Shown: positions 36,922 to 47,863, counted from the stretch's first letter. The stretch is DNA of 64,000 bases from Eubacteriales bacterium (GCA_045612665.1 JAZKZO010000038.1:14545-78544); one strand, 5' to 3'. The notes: generated from the sequence alone by a model not told the origin. Program-made: numbers and translations.

Positions 36922-39633
36922 TTATGCAAGGAATCTTACCTTCTCTATTTTCACGTCTGCCTTAGATGAGAAAACAACCTGCTTTGCCCAGTTCATTATT
37001 GAAATAGGAGTTTTGATTATTCCTGCTTTGCCGTTTGTTCCCTTTGCTACGGCAGTGCAAGCACCTGCGTGGTCTATCTTCGCATCAATGCTGATTTGTG
37101 CAAGCTCGGGAAGTGGTGAGGTGAATTCTATTTCAAGAATATATTTTCCCGATTTTTCGAATTTCACGCTTACAGGCTTATCGAGCTCAATATTTTCAAA
37201 TACGCAAATTTCGTTCATATTTGTTGTATCAAGGTCGGTCAAGTCGTATTTGAAGCCGTTTGCCTTGAAACGCTCATATGCGTGTGTGTACATTACGAAA
37301 TTACAAATATTTATAGCGCAAACCTGAAGCTCTGCTCTTGTAAGATATCCGCTTTCAAGAGCTCTTGGAAGGTTGTCGTTATTCGTTTTTGCATTTTCCA
37401 TTACCATATAAACATCGTTTACAGCCTTAACCATTGATGCAAAATCATCGTTGCTCTCGTTTCCGTCAAGGTCTGTGAGCTTAGCCCACCAGTCGGTCAT
37501 TACAAAGCCGTCATATTTCCATTCGTCGCGAAGGAGAGTCTTTGTAAGGTCGTAGCAGGATGCCGCGTGAATACCGTTTACACAGTTATAAGCGGTCATA
37601 ATTGCCTTAACACCACCGTCCTTTACTGCAATTTCGAATGGGCGAGCATAGATTTCTCTTAGTGCTCTTTCGGAAATTACGGAATCGGTATGGTGTCTGT
37701 GCCACTCTTGGCTATTTGCCATAAAGTGCTTGATTGTGCAATAAACGCCTGCGTTAGAGAGTCCCTTTGAGATAGCAACTGCCATTGTGCCAGCAAGATA
37801 TGGGTCCTCGGAGAAATACTCGAAGTTTCTACCGTTAAGTGGGCTTCTGTGAATGTTTATTCCAGGGCCAAGAATTACGTCTATTTCATATGCGGTCATT
37901 TCAACGCCCTCAAGCGCATAAAGCTCGCTTACAAGGTCGGTGTTGAAGGTACATGCAAGACAGGTTCCGTTTGGCATTGAGGTTGCCAAAAGTCCGCTAT
38001 CCATTCTAATTCCTGAAGGTCCGTCGGTTGTGCAAACAATCGGAATACCGTAAGAGATAAGCTCCTCGGTAACTCCGCCAAAGCAAGAGCCTGTACCGGG
38101 GGTAACCTTAGGGCTATTCATTCCCTCACCTCTAACAAGGCAACAAAGCTCCTCGTCAGAAAGCTGAGCGACGAACTGCTCGACGGTTGCCTTTCCGTTT
38201 CTTACGTCCTCAAGCTTAATTCCCTTATTGCCTGTGTACGGTATTTCGGACGGAAGATTTTCATTTACTCTTTCCTTCACAGAATAAGTGCGAAGTGGAG
38301 TTGGCTCATATGTAAGTGTATTATTTTCGCCCACATGCATACGGTCAAAAGGCTTAGTAGGAGAGAGTGCCTCGGTGCATTTTTCAACCACCTTAGTCTC
38401 ACCCTGTGTGTATGTAAATACATTTTCGGCATCGCGAACGCTATTTCCTACATAGATTTTATAGTCGCCACTCTCAAGCACGTAGCAGGATTTGTTTCCT
38501 GTTACGCCACTATCATCGTAGGCGCACATTTTGTCAATTTCGAATTCAAGCGTGAGCTTTTGCTCGGCGTTTGGCTCGAGAATATCGGTCTTTGCATATG
38601 CAATAAGCTCTCTTGCGCTCTTGCCAAGCTTGCCCTTTGGAGCACCGAAATAAACCTGAACGACCTCCTTGCCTGCCACCTTGCCTGTGTTTTTAACTGT
38701 AGCTTCAACAGTGATTTTATTGCCGTTTACCTGTGCGCTTGCACTTGTGTTAAAGGTGGTATAGGAAAGACCGAAGCCGAACGGATAAAGCACCTTATCC
38801 TTGGCAACGCTCTCGAAATAACGATAGCCAACATAGATATCCTCTTTATAGCGGTTTTCGTCCTTTTCACCGAAGCAAGAGGTAGATGGATAATCGGAAA
38901 TATCGTATGCGATGGTGTCGGCAAGCTTACCGCTTGGGTTAACCTTGCCTGTAAGAACGTCTGCGCACGCAAGACCTCCACACATACCGCCCTGCCACAA
39001 ATAAAGCACGCTTGATACGTTGTATTTCTTTACCCATTTCATATCAATAATTGCGCCAACATTGAGCAAAACTATTGTATTTTCAAACACAGAGGTAACC
39101 TTTTTGATAAGCTCCTCTTCCCTTTGAGTCAAGAGATAGCTTCCCTCAGATGCCGAGTTGTCCTTGTCCTCTCCGGCAGTTCTACCGATAACGATTATCG
39201 CCTTATCACCGAATTTACGGGCGTCCTCGACTGTTGAAAGGTCGATTTCCATTTCCTCTTGGCACCAAGGCTCTTGTCCCCAGCCCTTACCGTAATCGAA
39301 CGGATGGTCCTTCTTCCATTCCTCGTACTTTGCAAGAAGCTCCTCGTTGATTTCGATGCCGTCGCACTCCTTTAAGCTATCTACGATATTTGTAACGTAT
39401 TTTACATTAACAAGACCGCCCGAGCCTGTACCGCTCTTATAGTATTCTCTTTGAATTCTACCGAAAACGGACACACGGTCGCCCTTTTTAAGAGGAAGCA
39501 CGTCGTTTTTGTTTTCGAGCATTACAATGCCCTCGGTAGCTGAAACTCTTGAAAGCTCCTCAAGCTCCTTTATGCTGTCCTTTGGAAGTGAGCCGAGCTC
39601 GTAGCCCTTATAAGTGTTTTTTTCGTAACGCAT
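36922..39633 (-). CDS. glycoside hydrolase family 3 beta-glucosidase-like enzyme with permuted domain order
   Basis: The GH3 C-terminal-type domain and Fn3-like segment come first. The catalytic domain follows (GPGINIHRSPLNGRNFEYFSEDP, KHFMANSQE, GFVMTDWW with Asp codon 37494..37492). ATG 39633 has a GGAGA RBS. Confidence 0.85.
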   Translation of the reverse strand: MRYEKNTYKGYELGSLPKDSIKELEELSRVSATEGIVMLENKNDVLPLKKGDRVSVFGRIQREYYKSGTGSGGLVNVKYVTNIVDSLKECDGIEINEELLAKYEEWKKDHPFDYGKGWGQEPWCQEEMEIDLSTVEDARKFGDKAIIVIGRTAGEDKDNSASEGSYLLTQREEELIKKVTSVFENTIVLLNVGAIIDMKWVKKYNVSSVLYLWQGGMCGGLACADVLTGKVNPSGKLADTIAYDISDYPSTSCFGEKDENRYKEDIYVGYRYFESVAKDKVLYPFGFGLSYTTFNTSASAQVNGNKITVEATVKNTGKVAGKEVVQVYFGAPKGKLGKSARELIAYAKTDILEPNAEQKLTLEFEIDKMCAYDDSGVTGNKSCYVLESGDYKIYVGNSVRDAENVFTYTQGETKVVEKCTEALSPTKPFDRMHVGENNTLTYEPTPLRTYSVKERVNENLPSEIPYTGNKGIKLEDVRNGKATVEQFVAQLSDEELCCLVRGEGMNSPKVTPGTGSCFGGVTEELISYGIPIVCTTDGPSGIRMDSGLLATSMPNGTCLACTFNTDLVSELYALEGVEMTAYEIDVILGPGINIHRSPLNGRNFEYFSEDPYLAGTMAVAISKGLSNAGVYCTIKHFMANSQEWHRHHTDSVISERALREIYARPFEIAVKDGGVKAIMTAYNCVNGIHAASCYDLTKTLLRDEWKYDGFVMTDWWAKLTDLDGNESNDDFASMVKAVNDVYMVMENAKTNNDNLPRALESGYLTRAELQVCAINICNFVMYTHAYERFKANGFKYDLTDLDTTNMNEICVFENIELDKPVSVKFEKSGKYILEIEFTSPLPELAQISIDAKIDHAGACTAVAKGTNGKAGIIKTPISIMNWAKQVVFSSKADVKIEKVRFLA

Positions 39634-39634
39634 A

Positions 39635-40962
39635 TTATTCTCCATACTTGCTTTTTGCTATTTTTAATAATATATTTTTATCATTTTCCGCCCTGCCACA
39701 AATGACCTCTTCAAGCAGAAAATCAAGGATTTCTCCTATTTGCTTTCCTGCCTTAAAGCCGTTTGAAATAAGATCGCCACCGTTTAATGCAAGATGCTTC
39801 AAGGAAAAGCACTCGCCCTCGGAAAGTATTTCGTTTGCCATATTCAAGACAATATCGAAATGAGACATATTAACCTTTTCGGGATTTTGAGCCAAATTAT
39901 CAGCCCTTTGAAGGGACAAAAGCTCAAAAAACGCATCCGTGCCCATACGATTCATTCTCTTCTTTATGTAGGCTTTATCCGCCTCTATATGAGTGTCGTG
40001 CACGGCAATCACGGCGCACACTCTTTCCTTTGTAAAGTTATCGTACTTATACTCGTTAAAGAACTCTCTTGCGCGCTCTGCGCTAACCTTATTATGACCG
40101 TAAAAATGTCCTACTCCTCGCTCGTCAATGGTAAAGGTATGAACCTTTCCTATATCGTGCAGGAATGCCATAAGTCTAGTATGTGGCTCTGCCTTGACGT
40201 TTTCCACTACCACGGCAGTATGCTCCAAAATATCGTAGATATGCCACGAATTCTTTTGGTCAAAGCCGTGCATTTTTGAAATTTCGGGCAAGACGTAGCC
40301 TAAAATTTCATAGTTTTCAAGAATTGCATTTTTTACATTTTTTCCGCAAAGGAATTTGTTTAGCTCGGTGGCTATTCTTTCCTTTGAAATATTGGATAGC
40401 AGGGGGGCACATTCGAGCATTGCCTCTCTTGTTTTCTCCTCGATTTTAAAACCGAGCACGGACGAAAAGCGAATCGCACGCAAAATTCTAAGCGCATCCT
40501 CGGTAAAGCGCACCTTCGGCTCTCCGATTGCTCTTATAATTCCGTTTTCAATATCGCCCCTGCCACCAAACAGGTCGACTGTCGCTCCGCTTGGATTATA
40601 GGCTATGGCGTTCATTGTAAAATCGCGCCTTTCGAGGTCGCCACTTAGCTTTCTTGTAAAGTGAACGCTTTCGGGATGGCGATTGTCAACATATTCTCCG
40701 TCAACGCGATAGGTGGTAATTTCGACATTCTCGCCCTTGTAAACGAGCGTTAGCGTGCCGTGCTTTATGCCAGTTTCGATTATTCTTTCGTTTTTAAAAA
40801 CGAGCTTCATTTCCTCGGGAGTTGCCGAGGTGGTTATATCGAAATCCTGCACGGGATTGCCCATTATCGCATCACGAATAGAGCCACCGACTGCATACGC
40901 CTCATAGCCTGCGCCCTCGAGCAATTCTATTGCTCTCATTGCGCCTATGCTTAATTTAAACA

Positions 40963-40963
<1 letters not shown>
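39635..40963 (-). CDS. cca: CCA tRNA nucleotidyltransferase
   Basis: AVGGSIRDAIMGNPVQDFDITT polymerase head and HD-type FLHDIGK. ATG 40963 overlaps the ligA stop (TAATG). An alternative start lies at 40978. Confidence 0.85.
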
Positions 40964-43014
<2,051 letters not shown>

Positions 43015-43145
43015 TTATTTTACCATATTAATTTATAAATTACAAGAATATATAAAAATAAAACGCGAGGTTTTCGCGTTTTTCTGCCTATTTTTCAACT
43101 CATTTGGAGTTCATTTGCGTTGCCTTTTTTGTTTGTTCAGTCGGT

Positions 43146-43211
43146 TGTGGCGTGTGCTTGTATTCGCCGAGCGAAGCCAAGCCACTTGTATATATACAAG
43201 CACACGCCACA
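43146..43211. repeat. perfect 18-bp inverted repeat separated by 30 nt
   Basis: TGTGGCGTGTGCTTGTAT (43146..43163) pairs with ATACAAGCACACGCCACA (43194..43211). A second palindrome CTTGTATATATACAAG (43185..43200) overlaps the right arm. Confidence 0.8.
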
Positions 43212-43242
43212 GTGCTATTTCATAGAAAATTCATATTTTTGA

Positions 43243-43271
43243 TTGATTATATTTTCTGTTTATGCTATAAT
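43243..43271 (+). promoter_or_regulatory. sigma-A type promoter for gene 43311..44222
   Basis: TTGATT (43243..43248), 17 nt, TATAAT (43266..43271). Confidence 0.55.
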
Positions 43272-43310
43272 GATGTCAACATTTTAATTTACATTAAAAG
43301 GGATGATTTA

Positions 43311-44222
43311 ATGAGAAAATTATCAAAAGAACAATTTCAAAAAATGGATGCTTGGATGCAGAATAACGCACGAGCATTTGATAGGGCAAAATGGAATTTC
43401 ATATTCAGTGGTGGTACAAAAGAAGCCGTTGTTGAAGAAATGCTAAAATATCAAAATAAAGACGGTGGAATGGGAAACGGCTTTGAAGCTGATGTGCTTT
43501 GCCCATCATCCTCTGCTATTGCAACGGCAGAAGCAATTTTCCAAGCATATGAATATGGATTAGATTGTACTGCTCCTTGGTTTAAGAAAATACTTGAATA
43601 CTTTGAAAATTCAATTCAAGACATTCCAAAGTATTGGGAGGACTTACCTTTAGAAGCTATGGAATATCCTCACGCTCCTTGGTGGAATTGTAAGCCTTGC
43701 ACAGTATTTAATCCAAATCCTTGTGCTATTGTCGCTTCGGCTTTTATTCTATTTGGAACAGAAACACAAAAACAATTAGGTTATAGAATTGCTAATGATT
43801 GCTTTGATTTATTGGTTAGCAACGACTTTTGTGGAGACCACGATACTTTGAATATTAAAGCTTTGGTTGAACAATTATATAGCATAAAATCTCCACTGAT
43901 TACAGAAGAAATCGTATCTTCTTTGCGTAGAAGAATTGTAGAAAATACCTGTTTTGACAAGATCAAATGGAACGAATATTATTTTAATCCATTTGATTAT
44001 GTTTCTTCGCCTAACTCATTATGGTATAGTGATGTAGAAAAAGGAATTGAAGATACAATTAATTTCTTTCTTGATACTATTAACGATCAAGGAGTTTGGA
44101 ATCCTAATTTTTCTTGGGGTGTTGATAGCGACATTTCAAGACAAGTAACACAAAATTGGAAAGGTTACATAACAGTCAAGAGAGCTAAAACTCTTTTGAA
44201 TTTTGGAAGAATTGAACTATAA
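43311..44222 (+). CDS. hypothetical protein with prenyltransferase/squalene-cyclase-like QW-type repeats
   Basis: YQNKDGGMGNGFE and DQGVWNPNFSWG resemble alpha/alpha-toroid repeat motifs. The start is set at ATG 43311, downstream of the promoter. Confidence 0.5.
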   Translation: MRKLSKEQFQKMDAWMQNNARAFDRAKWNFIFSGGTKEAVVEEMLKYQNKDGGMGNGFEADVLCPSSSAIATAEAIFQAYEYGLDCTAPWFKKILEYFENSIQDIPKYWEDLPLEAMEYPHAPWWNCKPCTVFNPNPCAIVASAFILFGTETQKQLGYRIANDCFDLLVSNDFCGDHDTLNIKALVEQLYSIKSPLITEEIVSSLRRRIVENTCFDKIKWNEYYFNPFDYVSSPNSLWYSDVEKGIEDTINFFLDTINDQGVWNPNFSWGVDSDISRQVTQNWKGYITVKRAKTLLNFGRIEL

Positions 44223-44225
44223 GAT

Positions 44226-44257
44226 AAGCGAGTGCCGAAAAATCAGCACTCGCTTTT
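44226..44257. terminator. bidirectional intrinsic terminator between convergent genes
   Basis: aagcgagtgc-cgaaaaatca-gcactcgctt. Confidence 0.65.
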
Positions 44258-44260
44258 GCA

Positions 44261-45046
44261 TTATTTATTGCTCATTCTTTTTATTTGCCTATTAAAAAAT
44301 TCTACATAGTTATTAAAGCACTCCATATTTCCTAAGAGCTCAATCATTTTAAGAGCTATTTGAGTTTCTTTAATGGCTTTTTCTGTTTCTCCTTCTGCCT
44401 CGTAGCATTCTGCTATTTTCCACATCATTTGAATTAGGTTTTCAAATGAAATCCATTTTTGCTTATCTGCTACCTCAAACTTTTCTTTGCCTGTCAATAA
44501 AAATGCAAGTTCACTTAGCTTTGTAAAATATATTTCGGGAATTTGCTCTAATGCCTTTTTTGCTCCCTCTATATCGCCTTTTTCCTTTAGTGCATATGAC
44601 AAAAATCTTAAAGCATCATATTTTATGTCAGCTTCCTTTGTCTGCTCAATTAAATAACTTGCTATTTTTATTGTTTCGTCTGGGTTTTCTCTACAGTTCA
44701 TTACATACAGTAGATTATTTAGCAATATTTCATTATTTGGGTATTTTTTCAAACCCTCTTCAAGTATTTGTCTGCCTTTTTTATAATCAGTTTCCCTGTA
44801 TTTATATGCTTCGTCAACTATTCTTTCTATGTCCTCTTCCATTTCCTTTAAGCTGAAATCAAACAATTCATCCATAGAAACACCGAAAAATGTAGCTAAT
44901 ACAGGCATCATTGTTATATCGGGTAAAGCAATATTATTTTCCCATTTGCTAATTGCTTGAAAAGATATATTTATACTTGAAGCTAATTGCTCTTGTGTAA
45001 GACCTTTCTTTTTTCTAAGCTCTTTTATTTTGTTTCCTATGTTCAT
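44261..45046 (-). CDS. XRE-family HTH regulator with C-terminal TPR-like helical repeats
   Basis: MNIGNKIKELRKKKGLTQEQLASSINISFQAISKWEN HTH, followed by about 190 aa of helical repeats (GRQILEEGLKKYPNNEILLNNLLYV..., AECYEAEGETEKAIKETQIALKM). GGAGG RBS. Confidence 0.75.
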   Translation of the reverse strand: MNIGNKIKELRKKKGLTQEQLASSINISFQAISKWENNIALPDITMMPVLATFFGVSMDELFDFSLKEMEEDIERIVDEAYKYRETDYKKGRQILEEGLKKYPNNEILLNNLLYVMNCRENPDETIKIASYLIEQTKEADIKYDALRFLSYALKEKGDIEGAKKALEQIPEIYFTKLSELAFLLTGKEKFEVADKQKWISFENLIQMMWKIAECYEAEGETEKAIKETQIALKMIELLGNMECFNNYVEFFNRQIKRMSNK

Positions 45047-45222
45047 AGTATCCTCCAAAATCGTTTTTGTAAGCTTACAATTTGATTATACACTACAAAC
45101 GAGAAATAAACAATAACTTGTTAGATTAAATAACTCAACTGTCAATAGAAATCCAACACCAAGTTGGAAAGAAAATTTGCATATCAAACAAATGCGTCAT
45201 TGTATTTGCTTCAAAAGTCCTG

Positions 45223-45245
45223 TATAATTTAATTGTAGCTACAAT
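45223..45245 (+). promoter_or_regulatory. -10 box plus 14-bp palindrome upstream of HTH gene 45268
   Basis: TATAAT (45223..45228) is followed by the perfect palindrome ATTGTAGCTACAAT (45232..45245), and TTGTAT lies 17 nt upstream. Confidence 0.45.
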
Positions 45246-45267
45246 AACAATGAAAGGATTTTGAAAA

Positions 45268-46026
45268 ATGAAGATAAATGAACAAATAGCATTTTTAAGA
45301 AAAGAAAGAGGCATAACGCAAGAAGCATTGGCGAATGCTTTGGGAGTTACAAATCAATCTGTTAGCAAGTGGGAAGCTTCAATTTGTTGTCCCGATATTC
45401 AGCTTTTGCCTGAAATCGCTAAGTTTTTCGGGGTTACTGTTGACTCTTTGCTCGGTTGCGAAACGATAGAAAGCAAAGCAGACACAATTTTAAGAGTAAA
45501 AAATATGCTTTCTTCCTTGCCCTCAAATGAAATTTTTGAAAATTCATTTAGATTGGCAACTCTTTTACACGACGGCATATCAAGTGATGGCTTTGCAAAT
45601 AATCTTCCGTATAAATTTAACGAAGACTATGCAAACAACGAGCCTAAAAAGTGGGGATATTCTGCTTCTTCTTTACCTTGTGGAAATACTGTCCGTTGTA
45701 GTAATGGAATATATTTTTCTCACAATAATAGCTATACCTCACCAAATATGGTGGAGCAATATCAAATTGCTTTAAGTATGGAAAAACTACTCAAACCAAA
45801 TGTAATGCGTGTTTTATATGCCTTGTATGATTTAACAATTAACGATTTTGACAAATTTGTTTCGATTAAGGAAATAGCTGAAAAATCTAATCTTCAAGAA
45901 AACGAAGTTGAAATAGCTTTAAAGGAAATACCACTTACACCAAAAGAAAACGATAACGAGCTTTTATATCGAATTGATGGCTCATTTATGCACATTCCGT
46001 CAATGCTAAAAATGTTCTGTTATTAG
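45268..46026 (+). CDS. XRE-family HTH regulator with uncharacterised C-terminal domain
   Basis: MKINEQIAFLRKERGITQEALANALGVTNQSVSKWEA; 252 aa. Confidence 0.75.
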   Translation: MKINEQIAFLRKERGITQEALANALGVTNQSVSKWEASICCPDIQLLPEIAKFFGVTVDSLLGCETIESKADTILRVKNMLSSLPSNEIFENSFRLATLLHDGISSDGFANNLPYKFNEDYANNEPKKWGYSASSLPCGNTVRCSNGIYFSHNNSYTSPNMVEQYQIALSMEKLLKPNVMRVLYALYDLTINDFDKFVSIKEIAEKSNLQENEVEIALKEIPLTPKENDNELLYRIDGSFMHIPSMLKMFCY

Positions 46027-46080
46027 TTTAAAATGCAAAAGCACTCCAAAATTGGAGTGCTTTCGTTTTTAGATAAAAAG

Positions 46081-46106
46081 AAAAACCGACTCGAAAGTCG
46101 GTTTTT
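46081..46106. terminator. bidirectional intrinsic terminator (end of the tRNA operon)
   Basis: aaaaaccgac-tcgaaa-gtcggttttt. Confidence 0.75.
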
Positions 46107-46110
46107 CTTT

Positions 46111-46188
46111 TGGGGTGGATGATGAGATTCGAACCCACGGCCTTCAGAGCCACAATCTGACGCTCTAACCAGCTGAGCTACACCCACC
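46111..46188 (-). tRNA. tRNA-His (GTG)
   Basis: Manual cloverleaf: G-1 extra base, acceptor GTGGGTG/CATCCAC, anticodon loop TTGTGGC, T-loop TTCGAAT, C73 and encoded CCA. Confidence 0.9.
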
Positions 46189-46264
46189 AAAGAACGCTCT
46201 CACAAAGGAGAGTTTTATTGCTCCGTCGCTTACAGCGAAGCACCGATCTGCTGTGGTTTGCAGA

Positions 46265-46341
46265 TGGCGTACCCGGAGGGATTCGAACCCCCGACCTACT
46301 GCTTAGAAGGCAGTTGCTCTATCCGGCTGAGCTACGGGTAC
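46265..46341 (-). tRNA. tRNA-Arg (TCT)
   Basis: Acceptor GTACCCG/CGGGTAC, anticodon stem ACTGC/GCAGT with loop CTTCTAA, T-loop TTCGAAT, encoded CCA. Confidence 0.9.
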
Positions 46342-46353
46342 ATAGCAAAAAAA

Positions 46354-46427
<74 letters not shown>

Positions 46428-46457
46428 AAATTGAATTTATTTTGTTTTTGCCCTATT

Positions 46458-46486
46458 ATATTAGCACACCTATTTTGCTTTGTCAA
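46458..46486 (-). promoter_or_regulatory. sigma-A type promoter of the tRNA operon
   Basis: Minus strand reads TTGACA (46486..46481), 17 nt, TAATAT (46463..46458), about 30 nt upstream of tRNA-Gly. Confidence 0.65.
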
Positions 46487-46586
46487 TAGGAATTCTAAAA
46501 TTTTTTCAAAAAAATTAAAAGAAAAAGACCGCCACCGAGCGAGTTGTGCTAAATGACGGTCTATGACAGGGGTTAACTAGAAAATT

Positions 46587-47717
46587 TCACTTTATAGTTA
46601 CCGCGTATGAGCCCATATCGGCATAGCCCTGCTCAAACATATCCATATCAAGTGAGAAGGTATTGCCTGCCGGATTTGCAAGAGTTACGGTTCTTTTTGC
46701 ATTATCGTAGCCTACAAGGACCATACACGCCATATTTGATTTTAAGAATACTGTTTTGCCATCTACTATCCAAATGCGCGATATTGAGGGGGTGTTTCCG
46801 AAATCGTCGCATAGCCATACTATAACGGGATTACCAAGGCTTACTTGTCTATAAAGCTCCTGTGGATTATAGCCCGTCAAGTCGGTTGCCTTATGAGAGC
46901 CACCGTTAGCGCTTATAAACTTTGTTGCCGAATTTATGATTACAGGTGCAAGACAGCCGTATGAATTATAGGTGTCGCGAGGGTTGCCTGCGTTTGCCTT
47001 ACTAATATCAGTAAAGCCAACAGGTCCTTTATCAAGGTAGAGGTCGCACAAATCGCACTCGTTAACATTATATTTAAGGTAACGAAGCACCATTGCAAGT
47101 GAGGTTATCTCGTCGCCACTTGGAAGTGATGGGTATTGAGAGATATGCTCAAGGGGGATAAGCTTAGAGTCGCTATTGGGGCTTGACGGGCAAATTTTAG
47201 AATTTATTTCAAGAGAGTTAAGCGTTGCTCCGCCCTCGCAAACAAATTCAAGACTTATGATGCCCGAAATTTCGATAGGTGTCGCATCAGTATAGTCCTT
47301 GATTTCGTGAGAAATCGCCTGCAAGAGTGTGCTTTGCTCGCTTGATGGCTTGACGGAAAAATCGGCTTTTTTACCGTTTACGGTAAAGCTTCCGTTACAA
47401 GACTGCGAAATGCCGTTTGGGCTATCAAGATACAGCTCTGCGTTTATGTACAGAGTGCCATCGCCCTCGTAGCTTATCGCATTCCACTCTACACGGAGTC
47501 TTGACGGGCAAAAATACTCGCTATAAAGCGTTCCGTTTTGTGAGAGGTCTATCTTCTTTTGCGCCTCCTCGCTCTCGCTTGGTGCTTCGCTTTGAGAGGG
47601 ATTTTCGCTCTCGCTTGGTGTTTCGGGGATGTCGGTTGTTTTTGCGTTAACGTAAAAGATTGTAGCGCAAGCAATACAAGCGACAATTAAAATAATGCAG
47701 GATACGTACTTTTTCAT
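46587..47717 (-). CDS. membrane-anchored peptidase C39-like (C39_2/YvpB-like) domain protein with Asp at the catalytic Cys position
   Basis: N-terminal anchor MKKYVSCIILIVACIACATIFYV and an S/E/P-rich linker. The C-terminal domain has SGDEITSLAMVLRYL, versus the GC(E/G)xTSLAMVL recalled for YvpB-type peptidases, and ...MVLVGYD. Confidence 0.6.
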   Translation of the reverse strand: MKKYVSCIILIVACIACATIFYVNAKTTDIPETPSESENPSQSEAPSESEEAQKKIDLSQNGTLYSEYFCPSRLRVEWNAISYEGDGTLYINAELYLDSPNGISQSCNGSFTVNGKKADFSVKPSSEQSTLLQAISHEIKDYTDATPIEISGIISLEFVCEGGATLNSLEINSKICPSSPNSDSKLIPLEHISQYPSLPSGDEITSLAMVLRYLKYNVNECDLCDLYLDKGPVGFTDISKANAGNPRDTYNSYGCLAPVIINSATKFISANGGSHKATDLTGYNPQELYRQVSLGNPVIVWLCDDFGNTPSISRIWIVDGKTVFLKSNMACMVLVGYDNAKRTVTLANPAGNTFSLDMDMFEQGYADMGSYAVTIK

Positions 47718-47834
47718 TTTTCTTTCCTTTCGTTTTGCATTCTTGTAGGTTGTCCTACGCTTTATTTTAATGCAAAAATTTTCCATTTCAACACTAATCG
47801 TTCGACCAAAAACGCTTCACATCGACAATACGAC

Positions 47835-47863
47835 ATAAAAATGCCCTCGGAAATGTCGAGGGC
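47835..47863 (-). terminator. intrinsic terminator after the 50-aa gene
   Basis: gccctcg-gaaatgt-cgagggc followed by AUUUUUA on the minus strand. Confidence 0.65.

Noticed and set aside
38335-39015. 226-aa plus-strand ORF
   Set aside because: It is antisense to the GH3 gene. The same reasoning applies to 8880..9386 and 8509..8862 (antisense to yfhO) and to 1754..2272 (antisense to truA).
43104-43310. N-terminal 69-aa extension of ORF 43104..44222
   Set aside because: The extension is Cys/Phe-rich and lacks an RBS. It runs across the 18-bp inverted repeat and contains the predicted promoter (43243..43271). ATG 43311 was used instead.
45135-45227. Micro-ORFs MTHLFDMQIFFPTWCWISIDS (minus, 45200..45135) and MRHCICFKSPV (plus, 45192..45227) as candidate signalling peptides for the HTH-TPR regulator
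   Set aside because: Neither has a Shine-Dalgarno sequence, although genuine genes in this window almost always show GGAGG-like sites. Both overlap predicted promoter elements. I cannot assess conservation. They are kept only as things to look at if Ribo-seq data exist.
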